A model generated the notes under the pieces. It was not told the DNA's origin. It ran no database searches and worked only from the letters and a program-made list of their open reading frames with translations. A DNA stretch of 64,000 nt from a virus (lineage: Duplodnaviria > Caudoviricetes), in the IMG/VR virus record IMGVR_UViG_3300032227_000508, positions 926 to 64,925 of that record. One strand, 5' to 3'. Shown piece by piece: positions 1-8,386 of this stretch. The position numbers were made by a program, and so were the translations under genes. Numbering within the stretch: the first letter of the stretch is position 1; each line of letters opens with the position of its first letter.

Positions 1-1
1 T

Positions 2-3000
2 AACGCTTGGTTAACAATATTCTACTCACGAACATTTTCAAAAACATTTAGCATTAAGAAGTGTCCTAGCCAACTAGAGTTAGTTCAAAAGATTAATGCA
101 TATAGAGCAATTATAGACACCTACAAGGAAACTAATGACACCCAATTTAATATATTAAGCGAGCAGTATGACTTAGTTATAGCCCTATATTCTCACTTAA
201 TAGCAAGGTATAATACAAATACACAAGATGGCTCTGAGTATATATTAAGGGAGTTATTGTCAATACTAGAGCCTTACACAGCAACATACACATATCAAGC
301 TACTGAAATATTTCCATTTGAGTTAGCTTCTTCAACAAGTAACTCATTTACAATATCAGACGGAACAAATACGGATGTTGTCGCACTAGGAAGTACACTA
401 ACATTTGCTTCGAGTAATGTGGCGTTATTGCCTATTGTAACTAACAACAACATTACTTACTCTCCTACGTTTGGCACTACAATAAATACATTTGCTCAAG
501 GGAATGATTCAAGATTTCATAATCCTGTAACGATTGGTACTGCTAACGGACTAAGTATCTCTACGCAGGCTATTTCCTTGGCAGCTGCTACTACAGGAAG
601 TGCAGGAGCAATGAGTGCCGCTGACAAGACTAAGTTAGACGGCGTGGCTACGGGTGCTACTGCTAACGTGGGTACTGTCACAAGCGTTTCTTTAACTGCA
701 CCTGCGGCATTTACTGTCACAGGTTCTCCTATAACAACTTCTGGTACGCTTGCTATAGCGGCTTCAGGAACGTCTCTTCAATACATCACAGGAGCGGGAG
801 CATTAGCTACGTTAAATACGTCAAACGTGCCTGAGGATACTAACCTATACTACACTAACGCAAGAAGTAGGGCGGCTATAAATTTAACTACTTCTGGAAC
901 AAGTGGGGCGGCTACCTACAACAACTCGACGGGTATACTAAACATCCCCAACTATGTTGGGGGTGTGACGAGCTTTAACACAAGGACTGGTGCAATAGTA
1001 CTATCAAGCACAGACGTTACAACAGCGTTGAGCTTTACCCCCTACAACGCAACGAATCCTTCAGCTTATATATCCTTAACCTCATTAAGTTTTGTTGCAG
1101 GAAGTGGTGCATACAATAACACAACGGGTGTTATAACTATACCTACTAATAATAATCAATTAACCAATGGAGCGGGTTACTTAACATCAAGTACTGCAAC
1201 AACAACTTATGTTCCTTACACAGGTGCATCAGGTAACGTTAACTTAGGAACAAATAATATAAGTGCAAATAATTTCTTAAATGCATTCTCTAACATTAAT
1301 GCTTCAGCAACTCAAGTAGTCTTAACTGTTGCTTCTGCACCCGAAATTGTAGTAAACGGAAGTGGAGGGCAAACAATTAAATTACCTGATGCAACAACAT
1401 TATCTAATGGGGCATCGTTCTTTTTTAATAATAATCAAAGTAGCGGTGCAATAACAGTCAATAACAATAGTAATACATTAATAGTATCTGTTCCTTCGGG
1501 TGGTTATACAGAAGTTATCTTAATTGACAATTCTACTGCGGCAGGGAGTTGGGATAGGCATTTTGAGGCTCCCGCAAACGTATCATGGAGTACAAATACT
1601 TTTGATTATGCAGGAAGTATTACATCTGCAACTTGGAATGGTAACGTTGTTCAACCCAATAGAGGCGGTACAGGGCAATCTACTTATACAGATGGGCAAC
1701 TATTAATTGGTAACACAAGTGGCAACACCTTATCTAAGGCTACATTATCAGCAGGCACAGGAATTACTATAACAAATGGAAATGGTTCTATTAGTATTGC
1801 TAATGCAGGAATTATAGGAAGTGGCACTACAAATACAATACCCAAGTTTACATCTACAAGTGCAATAGGTAATAGTAATATTACAGATAGTGGAACTACT
1901 ATTTCATTAAACTCATATACTAACATTAATGGTTTTATAGGTGGTTCTACTACACAAGTTTTGCCAGCAGGAAATACATTTATAGGACAAACATTTAACA
2001 TTACAGGTAGTGCCAATTGGGGTATTGTTAGTAGAAATCAATGGAACATTAACGATGATGCATTTACTTTTAGTGCTTTTACCCCTTTAGACAATAGAGT
2101 AACAGTTAATAGAAGCGTAACCTCTTCGGGATATAATATATATCAAGCATATCTTCTTAACAATGGAACTGCCAGCCAATTTGGAACTGGATTTACATCA
2201 TTTTCAGCAGGCACAGGAAATTTTAGTTTATTTACTGCTTATAAAGTAGGGGCATCAGGACCACCCAATAATACTAATACTTATACTAACTATTACTGCT
2301 TAGAAATTAGTCAAACTCCTAATAATAACGTAATAAATTTTTATGGGCTTTCTATTGCTGATACTACAGCCACTACAATAACAAGGGCATTAAATTTACA
2401 ACTTTCCTCTGGTACTGGTAAGTATAATATTTATGCTGGCGGTACTGCTGCTAATTATCTAAACGGTTCATTGCTTATTGGTTCTACGACAGATGCAGGT
2501 TTTAAATTAGATGTAACAGGATTAGAAAGAAGTAGAGGAACTACTGCATCAGATAATCCCACCTTAGGAAGTGAATTAGCAGCAGTAGCGGGAACAGGGA
2601 CTTCTTGGGCATTAGCAGGCACAGACCTAAGCGTAGGGGGATATACTCATACTACTGGCGATGTAACACCTTTGACTACTACATTATCAGCTTCAATTGG
2701 AACATATTATGCAATTGTTTATACAATAACAGGAAGGACTACAGGTAGTATTACTATTGATTACGGTGGAATATCTTTAGGTGGAATAACAGCATCAAGT
2801 GGAACAGGATTGCCTGCTTTATCAACTGCGGTACTTACAATTACTCCAACTACTGATTTTAATGGAACTGTAGTTTTAAGTATTAAAACTATCGGTACAT
2901 CTTCTGCATCAAGTACATTTTCTACTAGTAGTGGTGGTTCTAATGTTGAGATAAGGGCAAATGCAAGTTCAGGTACATTTATTGGATTAAATGCAGGAAG

Positions 3001-3913
3001 GAGAAATGTAGCAGTAATAGCTAATGTTGGAATTCAGAATACATTTATTGGTAATAATGCAGGAGCTAATAATACAAGTGGAAGATTTAATACTTTCATT
3101 GGGTTTACCGCAGGTCAATTAAATAGTATTGGTTCTAATAATACAGTAGTTGGAGCAAGTGCTGGTGTGGCTATTACTTTTGGAGGTAGCAATACAATGA
3201 TGGGGCATAATGCAGGGCAGGTTACGAGTACAGGAGGAAGTAACACATTTATAGGACAAGCTTCTGGACGTACAAATACTACAGGAGGTGCTAATACATT
3301 TTTAGGTACAGCTGCTGGACGTGACAATATATCAGGAAACAATAATTCATTTGTAGGGTTGGAAGCAGGTGCCATTAATACAACAGGAAGCAATAATTCA
3401 TTTTTTGGAATGAATGCAGGATTATTAAATTCTACAGGAGGGAATAGTGTAGTTATTGGCTATGATGCTATGCGAAATCACACTACTGGAAGCGGTAATG
3501 TTGTAATAGGTTACAATGCTGGTAGAGGTTATTCAGGGTCAGAAGTTTCCTATATTGCTAATAATACTATACTTATCGGTCAAGGTGCAAGAGCACTTGG
3601 AGATAATCAAACTAATCAAATAGTAATTGGAAACGGTGCTATTGGTTTAGGTTCTAACACTACTATTATTGGTAATAGTTCTACGACATTAACTGCGTTA
3701 TACGGGGCAGTAATTGCGGGAGGTACAGCTACTGACGCATCTGCACAATTACAAATTGATTCAACAACCAAAGGAGTTTTATTTCCTCGAATGACAACAA
3801 CTCAAAAGAATGCGATTGGAACTCCTGCGGCTGGGTTGGTAATATACGACACTAGCTTAGGTAAGCTTTGTGTCCGAACAACATCTGCTTGGGAAACAAT
3901 AACATCTTTATAA
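2..3913 (+). CDS. Tail fibre/spike protein, 5'-truncated by the window edge
   Basis: The frame of ORF 257..3913 is open back to position 2 (NAWLTIFYSRT...), so the true start is upstream. Thr/Gly/Ser/Asn-rich, with fibre motifs (AMSAADKTKLDGVA, TNLYYTNARSR, NNNQLTNGAGY), a beta-roll repeat region and C-terminal GVLFPRMTTTQKNAI...GLVIYDT. Confidence 0.8.
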   Translation, partial: NAWLTIFYSRTFSKTFSIKKCPSQLELVQKINAYRAIIDTYKETNDTQFNILSEQYDLVIALYSHLIARYNTNTQDGSEYILRELLSILEPYTATYTYQATEIFPFELASSTSNSFTISDGTNTDVVALGSTLTFASSNVALLPIVTNNNITYSPTFGTTINTFAQGNDSRFHNPVTIGTANGLSISTQAISLAAATTGSAGAMSAADKTKLDGVATGATANVGTVTSVSLTAPAAFTVTGSPITTSGTLAIAASGTSLQYITGAGALATLNTSNVPEDTNLYYTNARSRAAINLTTSGTSGAATYNNSTGILNIPNYVGGVTSFNTRTGAIVLSSTDVTTALSFTPYNATNPSAYISLTSLSFVAGSGAYNNTTGVITIPTNNNQLTNGAGYLTSSTATTTYVPYTGASGNVNLGTNNISANNFLNAFSNINASATQVVLTVASAPEIVVNGSGGQTIKLPDATTLSNGASFFFNNNQSSGAITVNNNSNTLIVSVPSGGYTEVILIDNSTAAGSWDRHFEAPANVSWSTNTFDYAGSITSATWNGNVVQPNRGGTGQSTYTDGQLLIGNTSGNTLSKATLSAGTGITITNGNGSISIANAGIIGSGTTNTIPKFTSTSAIGNSNITDSGTTISLNSYTNINGFIGGSTTQVLPAGNTFIGQTFNITGSANWGIVSRNQWNINDDAFTFSAFTPLDNRVTVNRSVTSSGYNIYQAYLLNNGTASQFGTGFTSFSAGTGNFSLFTAYKVGASGPPNNTNTYTNYYCLEISQTPNNNVINFYGLSIADTTATTITRALNLQLSSGTGKYNIYAGGTAANYLNGSLLIGSTTDAGFKLDVTGLERSRGTTASDNPTLGSELAAVAGTGTSWALAGTDLSVGGYTHTTGDVTPLTTTLSASIGTYYAIVYTITGRTTGSITIDYGGISLGGITASSGTGLPALSTAVLTITPTTDFNGTVVLSIKTIGTSSASSTFSTSSGGSNVEIRANASSGTFIGLNAGRRNVAVIANVGIQNTFIGNNAGANNTSGRFNTFIGFTAGQLNSIGSNNTVVGASAGVAITFGGSNTMMGHNAGQVTSTGGSNTFIGQASGRTNTTGGANTFLGTAAGRDNISGNNNSFVGLEAGAINTTGSNNSFFGMNAGLLNSTGGNSVVIGYDAMRNHTTGSGNVVIGYNAGRGYSGSEVSYIANNTILIGQGARALGDNQTNQIVIGNGAIGLGSNTTIIGNSSTTLTALYGAVIAGGTATDASAQLQIDSTTKGVLFPRMTTTQKNAIGTPAAGLVIYDTSLGKLCVRTTSAWETITSL
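3038..3530 (+). repeat. About 10 tandem 17-aa repeats (NTFIGxxAGxxNTTGxx), beta-helix/adhesin-head-like
   Basis: NTFIGNNAGANNTSGRF, NTFIGFTAGQLNSIGSN, NTFLGTAAGRDNISGNN etc. in the translation. Confidence 0.85.
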
Positions 3914-3928
3914 CAATAAATTAATCTT

Positions 3929-4237
3929 ATGAAATTAATCGAAGAAGTATCAATCTGGGACAATGGTGTAAATAAGAAAGCCACAGTTTTAAATGCTTAT
4001 GTAGTAAACTTAATTCTAAATGAATCAGCTGCGTTCTACTACGGATTATCAGCACAAAATGAAGATGGTTCAATTGGCGAAACATTAACGCAAGGCAACT
4101 TGTCAATGACAGGACAAGACTATGAAGACTGGGTAATTGACAACGATGCGTGGGACTACATCGCAACATCTTTAAACCTTATTATCACAGGAGACTATGT
4201 AGCTCCAATTGTAGAAACATTAACACCTGAAGCATAA
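3929..4237 (+). CDS. Small acidic protein downstream of fibre; possible fibre assembly chaperone
   Basis: 102-aa ORF tightly packed between two fibre genes; function inferred from position only. Confidence 0.5.
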   Translation: MKLIEEVSIWDNGVNKKATVLNAYVVNLILNESAAFYYGLSAQNEDGSIGETLTQGNLSMTGQDYEDWVIDNDAWDYIATSLNLIITGDYVAPIVETLTPEA

Positions 4238-4243
4238 TACGAA

Positions 4244-7200
4244 GTGGCAAAAATACCCGATAATATAGTTTCAATTATGATGGTTGACAATGCGGGAGCA
4301 GTAGTATCTGTTCCCGTATCTGACTTTATATCAGCAACCACCACTACAGTAGTTTCTGCCCCCGTTGTAATCCCTTCAGGAAAACAGCCTAAAGCAGAGG
4401 TTATTAACACTACTATTGAAACAAGCGTAGCTATAGAGGCAGACCCCAACTACCTAACGATGCCCAACAGCACTCAGGACAACTTGGTTAATTCTGTTGT
4501 CTATCAGAACGCTAATAAAATCGGATTAAACACAAAGTCTCCTTCTTACCTATTAGATGTAAGGGGTGACTCTATTAACATAGGAGCATCTAGCTTACCT
4601 AACGGGTATAGAATAAATAGTTTATTAGTAGCCTCCGCAAGTTCTACCTTAAAGACTATCTACCTAGGAGACGACACAAAGCTTAATATCATAAACCTGT
4701 ATTCGCTTATTATTGAAGGGTTGATTCCTGTTACCGCTACAGGTATTGATAGAATTTTATTCATTAACGATTTAGGTGAAGTAACTGCTAAAACGGACAT
4801 ATTCTTAGAGTCGCTAAATACATTAACAAATAAGAATCAAGTATTTGCGTTTGGTACATCAGGAACAACTCCAAATGTTGTATCTACGGTTGTATCAACC
4901 ACGGGAACTCATACGTTTAACTTCCCCTTAGCTTCTGCAGCAGGTGTTACAGCGGGTCTTATTAGTAAAGCTCAATATGATATATTTAATGCAAAAGAAC
5001 CTGCCATTACTATTGGAACTACATCTCAATATTACAGGGGAGATAAAACTTTTCAAACATTAAATACTACTGCGGTAATAGAGGGGACTAATTTATATTA
5101 TACAGATGAAAGAGCAAGGTTATCTATAAGCGGAGGCACAGGCATAACATATAATTCTACTACGGGTGTTATTTCGTATTCAGGTACGGTTTATACAGAC
5201 TCCTCAATTAGAGGGTTATTGTCAGCAGGAGCAGGCATAATATATAACTCTACAACAGGAGTTATTGCCTCTACTATTACTCAATATACAGACGCACTTG
5301 CTAGGGCATCTGTTAGTGCAGGAACTGGTATATCGTATAATTCTACATCGGGAGTAATTTCATACTCAGGAACTGTATATACAGATGATTCGATTAAAGC
5401 ATTATTCTCATCGGGAGCGGGGATAACATATAACTCTACAACAGGAGCTATTGCATATTCGGGAACTATCTATACCGACATTTCAATTAAAGCATTATTT
5501 TCAGCAGGAGCGGGGATATCTTACAATTCTACTACGGGAGCTATTGATTCTACTATTACCCAATACACAGATGCTTTAGCAAGAGCAACCCTATCGGCAG
5601 GGGCAGGTATAACATATAATTCTACTACAGGAGTTATTGCATATTCAGGAACCGTATATACAGACGCTTCAATTAGGGGATTGTTATCAGCAAGTACTGG
5701 TATAACATATAATTCAGCTACAGGTGTAATAACTAATACTATTACTCAGTACACAGATACGTTAGCTAGGGCTTCTGTGTCAGCAGGTACGGGTATATCA
5801 TATAACTCTACAACAGGGGTAATAACCAATACTATTACTCAATATACAGATACGTTAGCAAGAGCTTCTATTTCATTAACTACAACAGGCTCAGGTGCTG
5901 CAACCTATAATTCTACCACAGGAGTATTAAATGTTCCAACATTTACTATATCTGGGTTGTCTGCGGGAGGAGAGCTTTCTGGAACATACCCAAATCCATC
6001 TTTACTCAACTCGGCTGTTATAGGTAAAGTATTGACAGGATACTCTACATCAAGTGGAATTGTTGTAGCTACAGACACCATATTACAAGCATTTGGAAAA
6101 GTTCAAAACCAATTAAATGCATTATCTGGAAGTTTATCATATCGAGGCTCTTGGAATGCTTCTACAAATACTCCAACTATTGTCTCTGGTACAGGAACTA
6201 ATGGACACTATTATATTGTAAACGTTGCTGGCACAACAACTATTGACGGGATATCTTCGTGGGCTATAGGGGACTGGATTGTATTTAACGGCACTACTTG
6301 GCAAAAGATTGCAAACCAATCTGTAACATCAGTAAATGGTTTAAGTGGAGTTGTCATATTAACTACAACTAATTTATCAGAGGGAACTAATCTATATTAT
6401 ACAGATGCGAGAGCTAGGGCTTCGATATCCGTTAGTGGAAGTCTTTCTTATAATTCAGGTACAGGAGTAATCTCTTATACAACTCCTTCAACATCTGGAA
6501 TTACAGAGGGAACTAATTTGTATTATACAGACGTGAGAGCCAGAGCGGCTCATAGTGCGGGAGCGGGCATCTCATATAATTCTACCACAGGAGTTATTGC
6601 CTATTCAGGAACTGTATACACAGATGCCTCTATTAAAGCATTATTATCTGCAGGAGCTGGAATAACATTTAATTCTACAACAGGAGTTATTGCTTCGACT
6701 ATTACTCAGTACACAGATGCGTTAGCTAGAGCCTCTATATCAGCGGGAGCGGGCATAACATATAGTTCAGCTACGGGAGTTGTTACTTATGCGGGAACTG
6801 TATACACAGATGCTTCAATTAGAGGGTTATTGTCTGCAGGCGCAGGCATTACATACAACTCTACAACGGGAGCTATATCATCATCTATTACTCAATACAC
6901 AGACGCATTGGCTAGAGCGGCTCATAGTGCAGGGGCTGGGATAACATATAATTCTACGACAGGAGTTATTGCTTACTCAGGAACTGTATACACAGATGCT
7001 TCAATTAGAGGGCTATTATCTGCGGGTTCAGGTATAACATATAATTCTACAACAGGAGCTATTTCTTATTCTGGAACTGTATATACAGATACCTCAATTA
7101 AGGCATTGTTGTCTTCTGGAGCTGGTATTTCTTACAACGCTACTACAGGGGTAATTGTGTCTACAATCACTCAATATACAGATGCGTTAGCTAGAGCAGC

Positions 7201-8386
7201 TCATAGTGCAGGAGCGGGTATTTCTTACAATTCAACTACAGGTGTTATTACATCTACAATAACGCAATATACAGATACACTTGCTAGAGCATCTGTTAGT
7301 GCGGGAGCTGGGATATCATATAGTTCTACAACTGGAATTATTGCTTCAACTATTACTCAGTACACAGATGCGTTAGCTAGAGCGGCTCATAGTGGAGGGG
7401 CAGGTATAACGTACAACTCCACAACAGGAGCTATTGCTTATTCAGGAACCGTATACACAGACGCTTCAATTAGAGGGTTATTGTCGGGAAGTACGGGTAT
7501 AACATATAACTCTACGACAGGAGCTATTGCATCTACAATAACACAATACACAGATGCATTATCTAGGGCGGCTCATAGTGGAGGAGCAGGTATATCATAC
7601 AATTCCACTACAGGAGTTATTGCTTCAACTATTACTCAGTACACAGACGCATTATCAAGGGCATCTATTAGTGGGGGAACGGGTATATCATATAGTTCTG
7701 CCACAGGTATAATAACTAATACTATTACTCAGTACACAGATGCGTTAGCAAGGGCGACTAATAGTGCGGGAGCGGGCATCTCATATAACTCTACAACAGG
7801 AGTTATTGCGTCTTTAATAACTCAGTATACGGATGCATTATCTAGAGCTGCAATAAGCTTAACTACAACAGGCACAAGTGGTCTTGCAACATATAATTCT
7901 ACCACAGGAGTTCTTAACATACCTTCTTATCAAGGGGGTGTTACTTCAATTGTAGCAGGCACAAACATAACAATTAGTAGTGGCACAGGAGCAGTAACTA
8001 TTAACTCTACAGCGGGAGCAGTTCCTTCTTTGGCACAAGTCTGTGCGGTAGGTTCTGATGCTACAAATGGAGGAGTTGCAACGGCTAACATTACTGCTAC
8101 TGCGTTCTTTGAATACTCCGACATTAGACACAAGATGGTATTGGGAGAGAATCCTAATGTAGACCTATCTTCTTTAGATGTAATCAAGTACCTAAGAACT
8201 ACCCACGACAAGGACAAGGTTCGCTATGGCTATTCTGCTCAAGATGTATACTACCTATGTCCTGAATTAGTAAACATAGACGATAGCGGATATTTATCTG
8301 TTAACTATACAGACACACATACTCTACTTATATTATCTTTACAGAAGCGTATTGCAGAACTAGAAAGAAAATTAAATGCCAACTAA
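4244..8386 (+). CDS. Long tail fibre with 31-aa repeat shaft and C-terminal intramolecular chaperone (peptidase S74-like)
   Basis: 22 tandem 31-aa units; central RGSWNASTNTPT...WAIGDWIVFNGTTWQKI fibre module; C-terminal YSDIRHK...GYSAQ...LSVNY...LQKRIAELERKL autochaperone signature. Confidence 0.85.
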   Translation: MAKIPDNIVSIMMVDNAGAVVSVPVSDFISATTTTVVSAPVVIPSGKQPKAEVINTTIETSVAIEADPNYLTMPNSTQDNLVNSVVYQNANKIGLNTKSPSYLLDVRGDSINIGASSLPNGYRINSLLVASASSTLKTIYLGDDTKLNIINLYSLIIEGLIPVTATGIDRILFINDLGEVTAKTDIFLESLNTLTNKNQVFAFGTSGTTPNVVSTVVSTTGTHTFNFPLASAAGVTAGLISKAQYDIFNAKEPAITIGTTSQYYRGDKTFQTLNTTAVIEGTNLYYTDERARLSISGGTGITYNSTTGVISYSGTVYTDSSIRGLLSAGAGIIYNSTTGVIASTITQYTDALARASVSAGTGISYNSTSGVISYSGTVYTDDSIKALFSSGAGITYNSTTGAIAYSGTIYTDISIKALFSAGAGISYNSTTGAIDSTITQYTDALARATLSAGAGITYNSTTGVIAYSGTVYTDASIRGLLSASTGITYNSATGVITNTITQYTDTLARASVSAGTGISYNSTTGVITNTITQYTDTLARASISLTTTGSGAATYNSTTGVLNVPTFTISGLSAGGELSGTYPNPSLLNSAVIGKVLTGYSTSSGIVVATDTILQAFGKVQNQLNALSGSLSYRGSWNASTNTPTIVSGTGTNGHYYIVNVAGTTTIDGISSWAIGDWIVFNGTTWQKIANQSVTSVNGLSGVVILTTTNLSEGTNLYYTDARARASISVSGSLSYNSGTGVISYTTPSTSGITEGTNLYYTDVRARAAHSAGAGISYNSTTGVIAYSGTVYTDASIKALLSAGAGITFNSTTGVIASTITQYTDALARASISAGAGITYSSATGVVTYAGTVYTDASIRGLLSAGAGITYNSTTGAISSSITQYTDALARAAHSAGAGITYNSTTGVIAYSGTVYTDASIRGLLSAGSGITYNSTTGAISYSGTVYTDTSIKALLSSGAGISYNATTGVIVSTITQYTDALARAAHSAGAGISYNSTTGVITSTITQYTDTLARASVSAGAGISYSSTTGIIASTITQYTDALARAAHSGGAGITYNSTTGAIAYSGTVYTDASIRGLLSGSTGITYNSTTGAIASTITQYTDALSRAAHSGGAGISYNSTTGVIASTITQYTDALSRASISGGTGISYSSATGIITNTITQYTDALARATNSAGAGISYNSTTGVIASLITQYTDALSRAAISLTTTGTSGLATYNSTTGVLNIPSYQGGVTSIVAGTNITISSGTGAVTINSTAGAVPSLAQVCAVGSDATNGGVATANITATAFFEYSDIRHKMVLGENPNVDLSSLDVIKYLRTTHDKDKVRYGYSAQDVYYLCPELVNIDDSGYLSVNYTDTHTLLILSLQKRIAELERKLNAN
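5129..5872 (+). repeat. Eight 93-bp (31-aa) tandem units, order ABAABABB
   Basis: A = SxGxGIxYNSTTGxIxYSGTVYTDxSIxxLL; B = SxGxGIxYNSTTGxIxxTITQYTDxLARAxx; 8 x 93 = 744 bp matches the coordinates exactly. Confidence 0.95.
6554..7855 (+). repeat. Fourteen 93-bp (31-aa) tandem units, order ABABAABBBABBBB
   Basis: Same A/B units; 14 x 93 = 1302 bp matches the coordinates exactly. Confidence 0.95.

Noticed and set aside
517-8217. Antisense and alternate-frame ORFs over fibre genes (e.g. 517-720, 1684-2016, 3115-3393, 7930-8217) and similar shadows over the giant protein, terL, portal and capsid
   Set aside because: They are by-products of biased codon usage on the opposite strand, with no promoter, leader or motif support.
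4244-8386. Diversity-generating retroelement TR/VR pair
   Set aside because: Differences between repeats are not adenine-specific and no reverse transcriptase is present.
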